In this document: one piece after another, positions 23,440 to 37,039 of the stretch
Numbering within the stretch: position 1 is the stretch's first letter
Layout of the letters: every line of letters starts with the position of its first letter
NCBI GenBank assembly: GCA_951406725.2
Contig: OX597838.1
Location: 17,980,001 to 18,044,000, forward strand
Reading direction: 5' to 3'
Length of the DNA: 64,000 bases
Source of the DNA: Octopus vulgaris
Lineage: Eukaryota
Made by a program: the position numbers and the translations under genes
Notes under the pieces: model-generated
The model's database searches: none
Seen by the model: only the letters and a program-made list of their open reading frames with translations
Told to the model about the DNA's origin: nothing

Positions 23440-23765
23440 TTGGCTCAAAAAGCAAAAAAGCAAGGCCATGTAGGGGGACATGTAGGGTGGTGTTCATGTA
23501 AAGAGTTCAGGCCACTTGTGGTCAAGGTCGTCGGCATCTTCACCATCTCGTCCGGCAGCTTATTCCATGGATCCGCAACCCGGACGGAGAAAGCCCCTCT
23601 CCTTCGATTGAGATGAAATCATCGCAGATAGAGCTTTTCGGAATGACCCCGCAGCAGACGCTCTGGAGCAGGAGTTTACACTTTCCGCTTATGATGTTAT
23701 GAGCAAGAATGAGATCACCGCGGCGGCGTCGTTTTTCTAGAGAATAAAGGTCGAGCAACGACAAT
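23440..23765 (-). mobile_element. CR1/L2-type LINE 3' fragment
   Basis: LDLYSLEKRRRRGDLILAHNII and RRGAFSVRVADPWNKLP. Confidence 0.75.
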
Positions 23766-23828
23766 TTGTCTTGACAATGGAACTCCTACTGGTCTTCAGG
23801 TGTTGGGGAACACTCCCTGACGCACTCA

Positions 23829-24450
23829 TAGGTGCAGGAGTGGCTGTATGGTAAGTAGCTTGCTTACAAACCACATGGTTCCGGGTTCAGTCCCACTGCG
23901 TGGCACCTTGGGCAAGTGTCTTCTACTATAGCCTCGGGCCGACCAATGCCTTGTGAGTGGATTTGGTTGACGGACACTGAAAAAAGCCTGTCGTATATAT
24001 GTATATATATATGTGTGTGTTTGTGTGTCTGTGTTTTTTTCTCTCCCCCCAACATCGCTTGACAACCGACGCTGGTGTGTTTACGTCTCCGTAACTTAGA
24101 GGTTCGATAGAACAAGTACTGGGCTTACAAATGAATAAGTCCCGGGGTCGAGTTGCTTGATTAAAGGCGGTGCTCCAGCATGGCCACAGTCAAATGACTG
24201 AAACAAGTAAAAGAGTAAAGAGAGAGTATGTGTGTGTTTGTGTGTCTGTGTTTGTCCCCCCAACATCGCTTGACAACCGATGCTGGCGTGTTTACGTCCC
24301 CGTAACTTAGCGGTTCGGCAAAAGGGGAACGATAGAGTAAGCACTAGGCTTACAAAGAATAAGTCCTGGGGGTCGATTTGTTCGACTAAAGGCGGTGCTC
24401 CAGCATGGCCGCAGTCAAATGACTGAAACAAGTAAAAAGAGTAAAAAGAA
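23829..24450 (+). mobile_element. SINE family A, full copy plus tandem 3' half
   Basis: Family A consensus on the + strand. Confidence 0.9.
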
Positions 24451-24924
24451 AAAAACAACAGTATCCTCTAATGACTGCGAAAAGTTGAAAGAGGTTTTTC
24501 AGATCAAAATTCAGGACAAACGTTACCGATATAATGACGTCATGAATACAATTTAGAAAAATTCAAATTTCTTTTGATTTCGTTCATAAATTACGGCTCC
24601 GTAACTTAACAAATCGGCAAAAGAGACGATCGAACCCGGAACCGTGTAGTTGGGAAGCAAGTTTCTTACCTTACAGTCACGTACAGATTATAGATTTGAT
24701 TGCCATTGTAAAGTTGAAATATAACTGCAGAGGATGCCCTTATGGTCAAAGACATTCCACCCGTGATAACCCAGTCCGAATCTAGGTTACTGTATATCCA
24801 AGACTACATTACTCAAGTTTTTACGTCTGTTTTTAAGGATGTAATACTGTAATTTAAGATAGATTTGACAGCTATTTCTAGCATTTTGAGCTAACCGCAT
24901 ACAATCTCTTGCAGCTGGCAACAG

Positions 24925-25195
24925 TGATGATGCTGGTGATGGGCCAACTTATAGTAATAGCGGTGGTGATGGTGGTGGTGGTGGTGATGATGATGATGGT
25001 GGTGGTGGTGGTGGTGGTGAAGACGGTGCTGATGTAGCTTTGCCCAGATCAACTCTGATGAAAGGCTTTCCAGTCGTGACCTTCTCATCTTTTTTTTTTT
25101 TTTTTTTTTGTTATATTGTGATGGCCAGATGTCGGTTTGCTGGTGGTGGTGATGGTCGTCGTAGCGGCGATGATTGAGGTGACGCTTATGATGCA

Positions 25196-25249
<54 letters not shown>

Positions 25250-25274
25250 CACCATCACGACAGCTGCTGCTACA

Positions 25275-25357
<83 letters not shown>

Positions 25358-25532
25358 CAGCACCACCACTACTACCACTACCACCATCACCACCACGACT
25401 GCTCCTGCTGCTACTACTACTACTACTACTACTACCACTACTTCTACTACTACTACCATCACCAACACCAACACTACCACAACAACAACATAGACACAAA
25501 CACATACTACATGTAGTAGTAGTAGTAGTAGT
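24925..25532. repeat. (GGT/GAT)n and (CTA/CCA)n trinucleotide arrays
   Basis: Direct inspection. Confidence 0.9.
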
Positions 25533-25892
25533 TTATATATAGAAAAGTTTAAGGGTCCTATCCGAGCCATAGGGTCATAAGCCCCATAGGACGGGACACC
25601 GGCCCCGTCGCAGGATAATTCTTTATTGCCAGTTGAAATGAAGTGTCTTGCTTAAGGACAAAGTGCACCGCCCGGTCCAGGAATCGAAACCACCATCGAC
25701 GCACCTCCATTCTGCCATACATACTATTATCTTATCTTTTATCTGTATAAGTCACTTAACTGCGGCCATGCTGGAGCACCGCCTAGAAGAAATTTTAGTA
25801 GAATAATCGCCCCTACCCCTACCCCACTTTTTTAAAAAAGCCTGGTACTTGTTCTACCGATCTCTTTTGTCGAACAGCTCAGTCACGGAAAC

Positions 25893-26061
25893 GTAGGAGC
25901 GGCTGTGTGTTAAGTAGCTTGTTTACCAGCCAAATGGTTCCGGGTTCAGTCCCACTGCGTTGCACCTTGGGCAAGTGTCTTCTACTATAGCCTCGGGCCA
26001 ACCAAATCCTTGTGGGTGGATTTGGTTGACGGAAACTGGAAGAAGCCCGTCGTATATATGC

Positions 26062-26095
<34 letters not shown>

Positions 26096-26360
26096 ATGCG
26101 TGTGTATGTCTGTGTGTGTGTGTGTGTATGTATGTATGTGTGTGTATATGTTTGTGTGTCTGTGTTTGTCCCCCCCAACATCTCTTGACAACCGATGCTG
26201 GTGTGTTTACGTCCCCGTAAGCTAGTGGTTCGGCAAAAGAGACCGATCGAATAAGTACTAGGCTTACAAAGAATAAGTCCTAGGGTCGATTTGCACGACT
26301 AAAAGGCGGTGCCCCAGCATGGCCACAGTCAAAATGACTGAAACAAGTAAAGGAGTAAAA
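25893..26360 (+). mobile_element. SINE family A
   Basis: Family A consensus. Confidence 0.9.
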
Positions 26361-26624
26361 GACTCCAACACCGGTTGTCAAGAGATAGTGGTGGCGGTGG
26401 GGGGGGGGGGGCAAATATAGACAGACACGTGACAGGCTTCTTACAGTTTCCGTCTACCAAATCCACTCACAAGGCTTTGGTCGGCGCACTGACGCATGAA
26501 TAGGTATCAGGTTTGGAAAGTAATGAAGTATAGGGGGTCGATGTGATGCGATAGAACCCTTCAAGACGGTGCTACAGCATGGCCGCAGCTCAGTGACTGA
26601 AACAAGTAAACGAGTAGAATATAC

Positions 26625-27289
26625 AGATGTATGTACGTATGCATGATGTATGTACATATATATATACACACACATACAAGCACGCATTCATACACACACG
26701 CACGCATACATGCGTACATATATACATACATACACACAAATACATACATACACATACATGCATGCATACACACATATACACACACATACATCCATCTGCG
26801 CACATACCTACATACACAAATACATACATACATGTGTACATATATACATACATACACATACTTACACGCACACATACGCAAATACATACATTCACACATA
26901 CATACATACACATACATAATTACATAGACACACACATACATACACACATACATACACACACATACATACATACACACATACATATATACATACACACATA
27001 CATACATACACACACACATACATACATCATACATACATACATACATACACATACATAATACATACATACATGCATACATACATACACACACACACACATA
27101 CATACATACATACATACATACATACATAATACATACATACATGCATACATACATACACACACACACACATACATACATACATACATACATACATACATAC
27201 ATACATACATACACTTCGTACGTCGTTCTGACTTGTTGCTTTTCCCGTTTTTTCATTTTAATTTGCATACATGTGTATATAAATACAAG

Positions 27290-27322
<33 letters not shown>

Positions 27323-27343
27323 ATGTATGTATATGTATGTATA

Positions 27344-27388
<45 letters not shown>

Positions 27389-28552
27389 GCATATATATAT
27401 ATGTGTGTATATATATTTATGTAAGTATATGTATATGCTTATGTTTGTGTGTATATATTCTAAATGCCATTCAGTTATACTTCTACATACGTACGTGATA
27501 GACATAAACAAACATTACACGTACTCACAAACACACATACAAGTACACACACACACACGCACACATGTTTACATGTGTCACGTAACACACGCATATATGT
27601 ATATATATATATAGAGAGAGAAGTACTATTACGTCTCACGAACGTGAATACACACACAAACTCTTATATACTTGTACACATTATATACACACCGAAACAC
27701 ACACACACACACACATCTTACCACATAGTGCCTATCTTATACACCTTTCGCAGCCACACACACTGAAAGAAAACGACACAAGCGCACTCATACATTTACA
27801 TACATACACACATACACACGGACATAAAAACTCACATATAGATATTAACAGACACATACAAACAAGCATGCGCACACGCGTATATATAAACACGCAAATT
27901 CAATTATTATCACTCGAACATGCGCAGCAACACGTATAGAAATACATACGCTCACACATACATATATATATATTTATATATATATTTATATATATATATA
28001 TATATACAAAGATATATACATGCTCACGCGAACACACAGACACGTACATACACACAGACTCCAGCATGCAGCACGCAGCGCCCTCTATTAACAAGACGCG
28101 CAAACACGAGAAATCCCCTTTTTTTCTTCCCTTCACCAGCGCCTTCTTGCCAGCAAATTCTCCCCTTACCACCGCAGTGCAAAGGGGCTTCCTCGAAGTG
28201 TAATCCCTAATAAAATAGTGAGCCCTAATATTCTTTCAACACGGCAGCGACATCAGATTGAAATTTCCCGATGATTTTTTAGGGGTCACACACAAACAAT
28301 GAGGGGACCAGCCGCCGCAGATTTGTGTGTAGACAATGTAATATATGTGTGTTGTGTTGTGTTGTGTGCTGTGTGTGTGTGTGTGTGTGTTTGTGTGTGT
28401 GTCTGTGTGTTCTGTATTGTGTGTGCTCTGTTTTGTGTTCTGTGTGTTTGTGTGTGTGTGTGCATGTTGCGTGCGTACATGTACGTATGTTTACATGTGT
28501 GTGCATATACACGTATGTGTGCGTATATTAGAATACACATTACATATACACG

Positions 28553-28625
<73 letters not shown>

Positions 28626-28666
28626 GTCTGTCTGTCTGTCTGTCTGTCTTTCCGTCTGTCTGTCTT

Positions 28667-28722
<56 letters not shown>

Positions 28723-28755
28723 TCTATCGATCTATCTGTTTGTCTATCTATCTAC

Positions 28756-28817
<62 letters not shown>

Positions 28818-28886
28818 GTCTGTCTGTCTGTCTGTCTGTCTGCCTGTCTTTCTGTCTGTCTGTCTATCTATCTGTCTATCTATAGA

Positions 28887-28930
<44 letters not shown>

Positions 28931-29830
28931 GATATATAGATAGATAGATATAGGCAGTGCTCCAGCATGGCCGCCGTCAAATGACTGAAACCAGTAAAAG
29001 AATATATATATACATAGATGTACTTATGCAGTCCCTTTAAACGCCCCCGCAAATTCTATGTTCATGTGTTTAGGACACACACACACACACACACACACAT
29101 GCAGTCATACCCCTCCCCTCCACACACAGTCATACGCGCGCACGCTCGTACGCACACATACGCACACGCACACACACGCACGCGGAAACACAAAACTACG
29201 CATGCAAGGCCTGTAGACAATCGTGTTTGCGTAGATGTGTGCGTGTGTGTGACGATGTGTGCCTGATGAATTGCACATGTGCGTGTGTGTGCGTATGTAT
29301 GTATGTATGTATGTATGTACATATGTATGTACGTATGTATGTACGTAGATGTTTGCGTCTGAGCGCGCGCGTGTATTTCAGAGTGTGTATGCGTGAGTGC
29401 GGCGTAATGTAAATTGGATGCGCGCGCGTGTGTGTGTTCTATGTAGATGTAAAATATGGATGGTCTGTGATTAGGGTCCTCGAACACACAGACACAGATG
29501 GAGAACCTTGGAACCTGTCGCCGCTGATTTCATCGAGAGAATGCTATGCGCGCGCGCGCGTAAATGTGTGGCTTTATGTATGTATGTATGTATGTATGTA
29601 TGTATGTATGTATGATGATCGTGTATCCATACGTGTGCGCGTCATGTGCGTGCATGCAGTGGTTGCTATGCTTTCGTAACTGTTAAAGCGCATGCGCATC
29701 GGTTTCTAGAGAAATACGTGATCGAGAGAGCGCACGCGTGTCTAGATATTCACACACACAACCGCGCACACACATCGACACACACACACACACACAAACG
29801 CACGCACACACACATGTATGTGTGTATGTA
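26625..29830. repeat. Compound microsatellite field: (CA)n, (TACA)n, (TA)n, (TATC)n, (TGTC)n
   Basis: Direct inspection. Source of the spurious YVCM/HT/IYLS ORFs. Confidence 0.9.
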
Positions 29831-29859
29831 TGGTAATTCTTTTTTTTTTCTTTTTTTCT

Positions 29860-30262
29860 TTTTATTTGTTTCAGTCATTTGACTGCGGCCATGCTGGAGC
29901 ACCGCCTTTAGTCGAGCAAATCGAACCCCAGGACTTATTCTTTGTAAGCCCAGCACTTATTCTATCGGTCTCTTTTGCCGAACCGCTAAGTAACGGGGAC
30001 GTAAACACACCAGCATCGGTTGTCAAGCAATGCTAGGGGGACAAACACACACACACAAACACACACACATACACACACACATACATATATATATATACAT
30101 ATATACGACAGGCTTCTTTCAGTTTCCGTCTACTAAATCCACTCACAAGGCATTGGTCGGCCCGGGGCTATAGCAGAGGACACTTGCCCAAGATGCCACG
30201 CAGTGGGACTGAACCCGGAACCATGTGGTTGGTTAGCAAGCTACTTACCACACAGCCACTCC
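29860..30262 (-). mobile_element. SINE family A
   Basis: Family A consensus. Confidence 0.9.
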
Positions 30263-30343
30263 TTATACAAGTTAATTTGTTCCCGGAGACCGATCGATCG
30301 TAAAGCGAAAACTCGTAAAGCAGAGCAATAATTTCCCATAATA

Positions 30344-30497
30344 TATTTCTTTACTACCCACAAGGGGCTAAACACAGAGTGGACAAACAAGGACAGACTG
30401 ACGGATTAAGTCAATTACATCGACTCCAGTGCGTAACTAGTACTTAATTTATCGACCACGAAAGGATGAAAGGCAAAGTCGACCTCGGCGGAATTTG
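30344..30497 (-). mobile_element. 5'-truncated SINE family B with TSD
   Basis: Flanked by the ~16-bp direct repeat ATAATTTCCCATAATA. Confidence 0.85.
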
Positions 30498-30668
30498 ATA
30501 ATTTCCCATAATAGCAATCTTATAGATCGTAATTCATTCCCAGAAAAATATTTTACCTATAAAATTTATAACAGTCGTAAATAAATGGCAATAAAACAAC
30601 AGCAGAACGTGAAGAATATTTTATGCGAAGTAAGAAGAATGCCAAGATCATTTATAATAAGAAAAAAT

Positions 30669-31088
30669 ACTCTTTTACTCTTTTACTTGTTTCAGTCATT
30701 TGACTGCGGCCATGCTGGAGCACCACCTTTAGTCGAACAAATCGACCCCCCAGGACTTATTCTTTGCAAGCCTTGTACTTATTCTATCGGTCTCTTTTGC
30801 AGAACCGCTAAGTTACGGGGACGTAAACACACCAGCATCGGTTGTCAAGCGATGTTGGGAGGGGGGGGGGACAAACACAGACACACAAACTCCCACACAC
30901 ACATATATATACATATACATATATATGACTGGCTTCTTTCAGTTTCCGTCTACCAAATCCACTCACAAGGATTTGGTCGGCCTGAAGCTATATTAGAAGG
31001 CACTTGCCCAAGGTGCCACGCGATGGGACTGAACCCGGAAGCATGTGGTTAGTAAGCAAGCTACTTTACCACACAGCCACTCCTACGC
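30669..31088 (-). mobile_element. SINE family A
   Basis: Family A consensus. Confidence 0.9.
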
Positions 31089-31325
31089 ATTTGTTTTCTG
31101 AATCCTTTTCACTCGCACTAGACTATCACTTGTAGACCATCACTTGTAGACGCGATTGCCGATTCACAAGTACTCGTAGACAGACTCGTAGATTTCTTTG
31201 TTAAAAATAAGTCCAGAGTTGTTTGCTTAGGGGAAGCTTTTTTTCGCTCTCTCTAAATTTCTCGGTAACACGCATAAGCATTTCTTATGGTGGTAGAAAC
31301 TTTTGCACTTCGTTCAAAATTTATA

Positions 31326-31622
31326 TCTTCTTTATATATAAAAGTGAAGTTGTGTGACTGTCTCCTACGATTTAGATTCCTAACTACTCCCACATTTTGC
31401 GGTGCAGTTTAACCAAAACCAGGTATCTTATAGTCGTGATTCATATCGAGCCCTTCTGGGTATTAGCGCGCGTCTACGATGAGTCTACGATTTAAAAAAA
31501 AAATTACCATCCTTTTTTTCCATTTTTAATGCATTTTTTGCTATTTTTGGCTATAACTCTCTAAAAATGCTTATATAGTTATTTCCCTTACAAACCCGAG
31601 CAACGCCGGGCGATACTGCTAA
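31326..31622 (+). mobile_element. Non-autonomous Helitron
   Basis: 5' TC...TATATATAAAA, 3' hairpin CCCGAGCAACGCCGGG, CTRR end (CTAA), inserted between A and T. Confidence 0.75.
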
Positions 31623-31824
31623 TTTATTATAAAATAAAACTCGTAAACCCGGAGTTTCGTAAAGAGGGTTCTTCGTAAAGTGAGGTATTACTGTATATGT
31701 ATGTACAGACATATCTTTATTGAATATCAGGTTGCGTGAAAGTGACTTTATACGAAAGGGTAACGAGCATGTGCTACTGAATATATTTACATGAGCATGA
31801 AATATATACTGCTTTGTCTTTCTG

Positions 31825-32211
<387 letters not shown>

Positions 32212-32804
32212 TTTTCTTTCTTTTTTTCCCTTTCACGATCCCTTTTGATCGAATAACCTACGCCACTTTTTTTTTTGTTTCTTTTGTTTTTTGTTTTTTT
32301 TGTTTTTTCATCCTCCAAAAGAAAAGCTCTACCTTGTAATTTGTCCCATCTGTGTGCAGCCCTGTGTGGCCAATAAAGAAACTTATCTATCTATCTGTCT
32401 GTCTGTCTGTCTGTCTGTCTGATTGCCTGTCTGTCTTTATCTATCTATCTATTAATCAGCATTAATCAGCTGTTTTATAATCTGTAGCGTCTTCCATACT
32501 TTTAAAATCTTTTTATAAAAGTGAAAGGATTTTGTCTATTTATTTATTTCCACTGTCCACCAACAACGGTGATTAAATTGACTAGGAACATCGAACGCAT
32601 ACATTCCCACAATTCTCAACCGATTTTCACCAAACTTTACACACTCATTACTTATGTTCCAGGATGGTCATGCACTAAACATTTTGCCCAGAGCTCCCAC
32701 GTAAATGGAACTAAATGGAATAGTTTTTTTTTTGTATGTAAGGTCTTCCATATTTTAAAGATCTTTTTATAAAAGTGAAAGGATTTTGTCTATTTATTTC
32801 GACT

Positions 32805-33135
32805 GTCCACCTGCACTCCACGCACCTCCCACCATTTTACTTCCTTCCCCAAATCCCCAAGCCCAACAACCCTGGCCGCCCGATCATCTCCCGCCTGTAA
32901 CTGCCCCACGGAACTGATCTCAAAATACCTGGATCGTGTCCTTGCCTCTAGTGGTTTCCCTCCCCTCCCACAACCAGGCCACTAGCCATGTTCTCCGTCT
33001 CTTCAACTCTTTCTCCTTCCTTCCTGGCCCCTCTAAACTTCTCTTCACTCTTGATATCAAGAGTCTATATACGGTGATCCCCCATAACGAAGGACTTCTT
33101 GCACTCAAACACTTCCGAGACCTTCGAACCAACCC
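32805..33135 (+). mobile_element. Penelope-like element RT fragment
   Basis: PKSPKPNNPGRPIIS..CNCPTELISKYLD (read across frameshifts) and LFTLDIKSLYTVIPHNEGLLALKHF. Confidence 0.8.
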
Positions 33136-33245
33136 AGGCTTACAAAGAATAAGTTCTGGGATCGATTTGCTCGACTAAAGGCGGTGCTCCAGCATGGCCA
33201 CAGTCAAATGACTGAAACAAGTAAAAGAGAGAAAAGAGTAAAGAG

Positions 33246-33300
<55 letters not shown>

Positions 33301-33339
33301 GTACATATATATATATATAATAGTAAATCCTCCCCACCA

Positions 33340-33545
33340 AAAAAAAAAAAAAAACGAAGACGAAGCACAAAAAAAAAACAACACGAGGACGTAGTACATG
33401 TAAAGTATTAGCAGACGCTCAGGGAAGGACAGAAGGGTAGTTTAATGTTTCGAGCAAAGCTCTTCTTCTGAAAGAGAGCAAAGTCCAATAGAAAAGGAAG
33501 ACGGAGGGAAAAAATCGTCAACGATTCACGTGCGGTTACATTTTG
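33340..33545 (-). mobile_element. Penelope-like terminal repeat, degenerate hammerhead
   Basis: Inverted homolog of 34270-34432. Minus strand reads CAGAAGAAGAGCTTTGCTCGAAAC. Confidence 0.55.
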
Positions 33546-34294
33546 AAATGATCAGAAGGGAATGGGTAATGAAAAAGTTATTTCTAAGACAGGAGAGTGT
33601 AAGAGGAGGGATGTGTGTGTGTATGTGCGGGTATGTGCGTGCGTGCAAATCTGTGTGTGTGTGTGTGTGTGTGTGTGTTGTGTGTGTGGTGTTGGCTGTT
33701 TATATGTATATGTGTGGGTGAATTTTGTGTCTCTTAACGTTGTAGGAAGAATTCAGCAACATGGTAGCAGGAGTGGTGGTCGTCTGTGCAATTGTGTGTC
33801 TCTTCACATGTGCGTAGAGGAATGGTCCGTAGAAAGGTGTTTGATTGGCAGTTTGAAGTGTGTGCGCGCGTGTGTATGTATGTGTGTGCGTGTATGTATG
33901 TTATGTGTGTGTTTTATGTGTAGTGTGTGCATGTGTCTGTGTGTGTGCGTATGTGTATGCGTGTGTATGTGTGTGCGTGTGTATATGTGTGTGTGCGTGC
34001 GGTTGCGTGTGTGGGGTTGTGTATGTGGAGTATATGTGCGTTCCTGTGTGTGTGCATGTATTTATGAGTGTGTTTTATGTGTATGTGGGAGGTATGTGCG
34101 CATTCATGTGTGTGCGCATGTGTGTCCGTGTGTATATGTGTGAGTGTGTATGTGCATGTGTGTATCTCTGTGCATGTGTGTGTGTGCGTATATGTATATG
34201 TTGTGTGTGTGTTTTATGTGTAGTGTGTGTGTTATATGTATATATAAATATATATATATCTGTCTTCCCTTGTCTGGATTTTTCCTTCTCCTGT

Positions 34295-34329
34295 GTTTCC
34301 GACGAAGAGCTCCGCTCGAAACGTAAAAC
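34295..34329 (+). ncRNA. Minimal type I hammerhead ribozyme candidate
   Basis: GTTT-CCGACGA-A-GAGC-TCC-GCTC-GAAACGTA-AAAC: core, stem II, palindromic ACGT and stem I all present. Confidence 0.6.
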
Positions 34330-34429
34330 CCTCCTTCTTCCCTTCCTTCCTGAGCGTCCAAATAATACTATATTTGTTCCACGTCTTCACGTTGTTGTGT
34401 TTTCTCTTTGTGCTTTCTTGTTTGGATTA

Positions 34430-34505
<76 letters not shown>

Positions 34506-34708
34506 TGAGCAAAAGAATGATAGCTTAGAAGCAGTGATTATGAGTGAGACTGTTCGCCTACGCTTCAGTCTATTTTCCTGCAATTGAAGGCGGCAACAGG
34601 AGACGGACATCATTGCAACGTTGTATGACTTCTTCAGGATGACTCAAAATAATCCTGCTGTGTCTGTACTTAAACATGTGTCTGTTAACTTGGGTGGATC
34701 ATAGTGTT

Positions 34709-34766
<58 letters not shown>

Positions 34767-35204
34767 TGTTGTGTCTGGGGAGAGTCATTTTAATTTTTTT
34801 TTTTGTGCCTTATTATTTAACACACTCACCGGTAAAATTTCCACTTATTTTTCATTTTTATTTTCCTAAAATTTTCGTTGCGTCTTGCATCCTTTTCAAG
34901 AACACGCAACGAAAATTTTAGGAAAGTAAAAATAAGAAATAAGTGGATGATATGCTGAACCTCTACAGCTCACTATAGGTCTTAATGGAATACCATCCTT
35001 GTGAATCTTAGGGAAACCACACATGCGCTTACTAATATTATTTACTAATTGATTATTGATGGTGGATTGTTAGGAACTCTATCAATGTACGAGATGTTCT
35101 CATTTGGTTTATGGAATGGCTTAAATTTACCTGTATCAAGATACGTAGGAAATTAACATTCTGGTGGCTAATTCTAGATTTTAGGTTACTCTCTTTACTC
35201 CCTC

Positions 35205-35591
35205 TTTTACTCTTTTACTTGTTTCAGTCATTTGACTGCGGCCATGCTGGAGTACCGCCTTTAGTCGAGCAACTCGACCCCGGGACTTATTCTTTGTAAG
35301 CCCAGTACTTATTCTATCGGTCTCATTTGCCGAACCGTTAAGTAACGGGGACGTAAACACACCAACATCGGTTGTCAAGCAATGCTAGGGAGACAAACAC
35401 ATACATATATATATATATACATATATACGACAGGCTTCTTTCAGTTTCCGTCTACCAAATCCACTCACAAGGCATCGGTCGGCCCGGGGCTATAGCAGAA
35501 GACACTTGCCCAAGATGCCACGCAGTGGGACTGAACCTGGAACCATGTGGTTGGTTAGCAAGCTACTTACCACACAGCCACTCCTGCGCCT
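35205..35591 (-). mobile_element. SINE family A
   Basis: Family A consensus. Confidence 0.9.
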
Positions 35592-35864
35592 ATTGAGTTA
35601 ATTAAATATTTTCCTGAATGCTTTGTACAAATGCTTTGTTTTTTAGTGATCAAATGTGTGTTCAGAGCATTAGCTCACTCTTTCTACCGAATCGACGTTG
35701 CCTGAACAGATGCGCGGTGCACCACGCGTCAAGTGTCGAAGAGATCGCAGATCGACGCGAGATGAAATGATTTGCTCAAGAACACAACTTGCCCCTCGGT
35801 CTTGGAATTGAAACTGCGGTCTCGCGATCGTGAGAGCTACACTCTAGATATTAGGTCATACGTT

Positions 35865-35895
<31 letters not shown>

Positions 35896-37039
35896 ACACA
35901 CACACACACACACATACATACATAAAGATAGGCGTAGGAGTGGCTGTGTGGTAAAAGAGGGCGATAAAATAAGTACTGGGCTTACAAAGAATAAGTCCCG
36001 GGGTCGAATTGCTCGATTAAAGGCGGTGCTCCAGCATGGCCGCAGTCAAAATGACTGAAACAAGTAAAAAAAAAAATATATATATATGTATGAGAGTGTG
36101 TGTGTGTGTATGTTTGTGTGTTCTGTAGCCGTCACTTTATTCCATTCCTGAAAAACGTCTCCAGAAGAATGTGGAATCTGAAACAATTATATCAGTAAAG
36201 TGCTCCACCTACGACGACATCTTTCTGCCCTTGTTCGCTAGGCACCCCACCTTCACAACTCTCCCTCCCTCACCCGCTCCCTCTCTCTCCCCTGTACCCC
36301 CCTCCACCTATACACGCTCCAATCCATTAAGCTCTCGCGTCACTATGTACACCGATATGAAGGGGAGGTAAGTGGGAGCGTAAAATTGTAAACCATCGCA
36401 CTGAACGAGATTTGGGACTGATAATCATAAATACCCCCACCCTAATCTACCCTTTGTACTACACTTCGTACATGCACCCCACCCACCCTTAACAGCGTCC
36501 GACGCCACCCCACCCACCACTTAAAATTAGCTCTGTGGTCTCGTATCTATCACAAGTTCTTGTTCCAGGCAACCAGCACGGCTAGTGACCCCTAAGAAAG
36601 GGTCTTATCTACCCCCAAGGCGATTGGAATAAGGTGGGGACGGTATGGGTGAGAGGTATAAGGGACGGGTGAGGTGGGTGGATATTTAGGGCGGAGAAGG
36701 AATTAAAAAAAAGATTTATTTTAGTTTTCTTTGCCAACCCGACCCGTGCCCACCCCACCCCAAATCCTCTCTTTCACCAATATTTTATTCCCTCTTCCCC
36801 CCTCTCCCTCTCACTTTCTCATTCACTCTCTCTTTCTTCCTCTCTCTCTCTCAATCTTCTGGCTTTAAATTGTTGGTAGTGATGATGGTGATGGTGGTGA
36901 TGGCGACAGGGGAGGAATTGGATGAATTTGTTGTTGTTGGTTGTTGTTGTGGTGGTGGTCGTAGAGGAGGTTATTGGACTGTGTGGGGTGGCGGTGGTAG
37001 TGGTACAAGTGCTGGTAGTTGTGGTTGTGGTGGTGATGG

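Larger units (their letters stand above)
30265..31693. mobile_element. Tigger/pogo-like MITE remnant with nested SINE B, SINE A and Helitron
   Basis: Right end reads CAGTAATACCTC on the minus strand, flanked by TA. Subterminal TCGTAAA repeats occur at both ends; the left TIR is not clear. Confidence 0.55.

Noticed and set aside
23149-24458. Recurrent ORFs such as RLPNPLTRLWSARGYSRRHLPK and FQSFDCGHAGAPPL
   Set aside because: Translations of SINE A copies, not a protein family.
26454-29956. Many long ORFs (YVCM, HT, IYLS repeats), also at 33.5-34.5, 38-39.9 and 54-57.7 kb
   Set aside because: Translations of di- and tetranucleotide microsatellites that lack stop codons.
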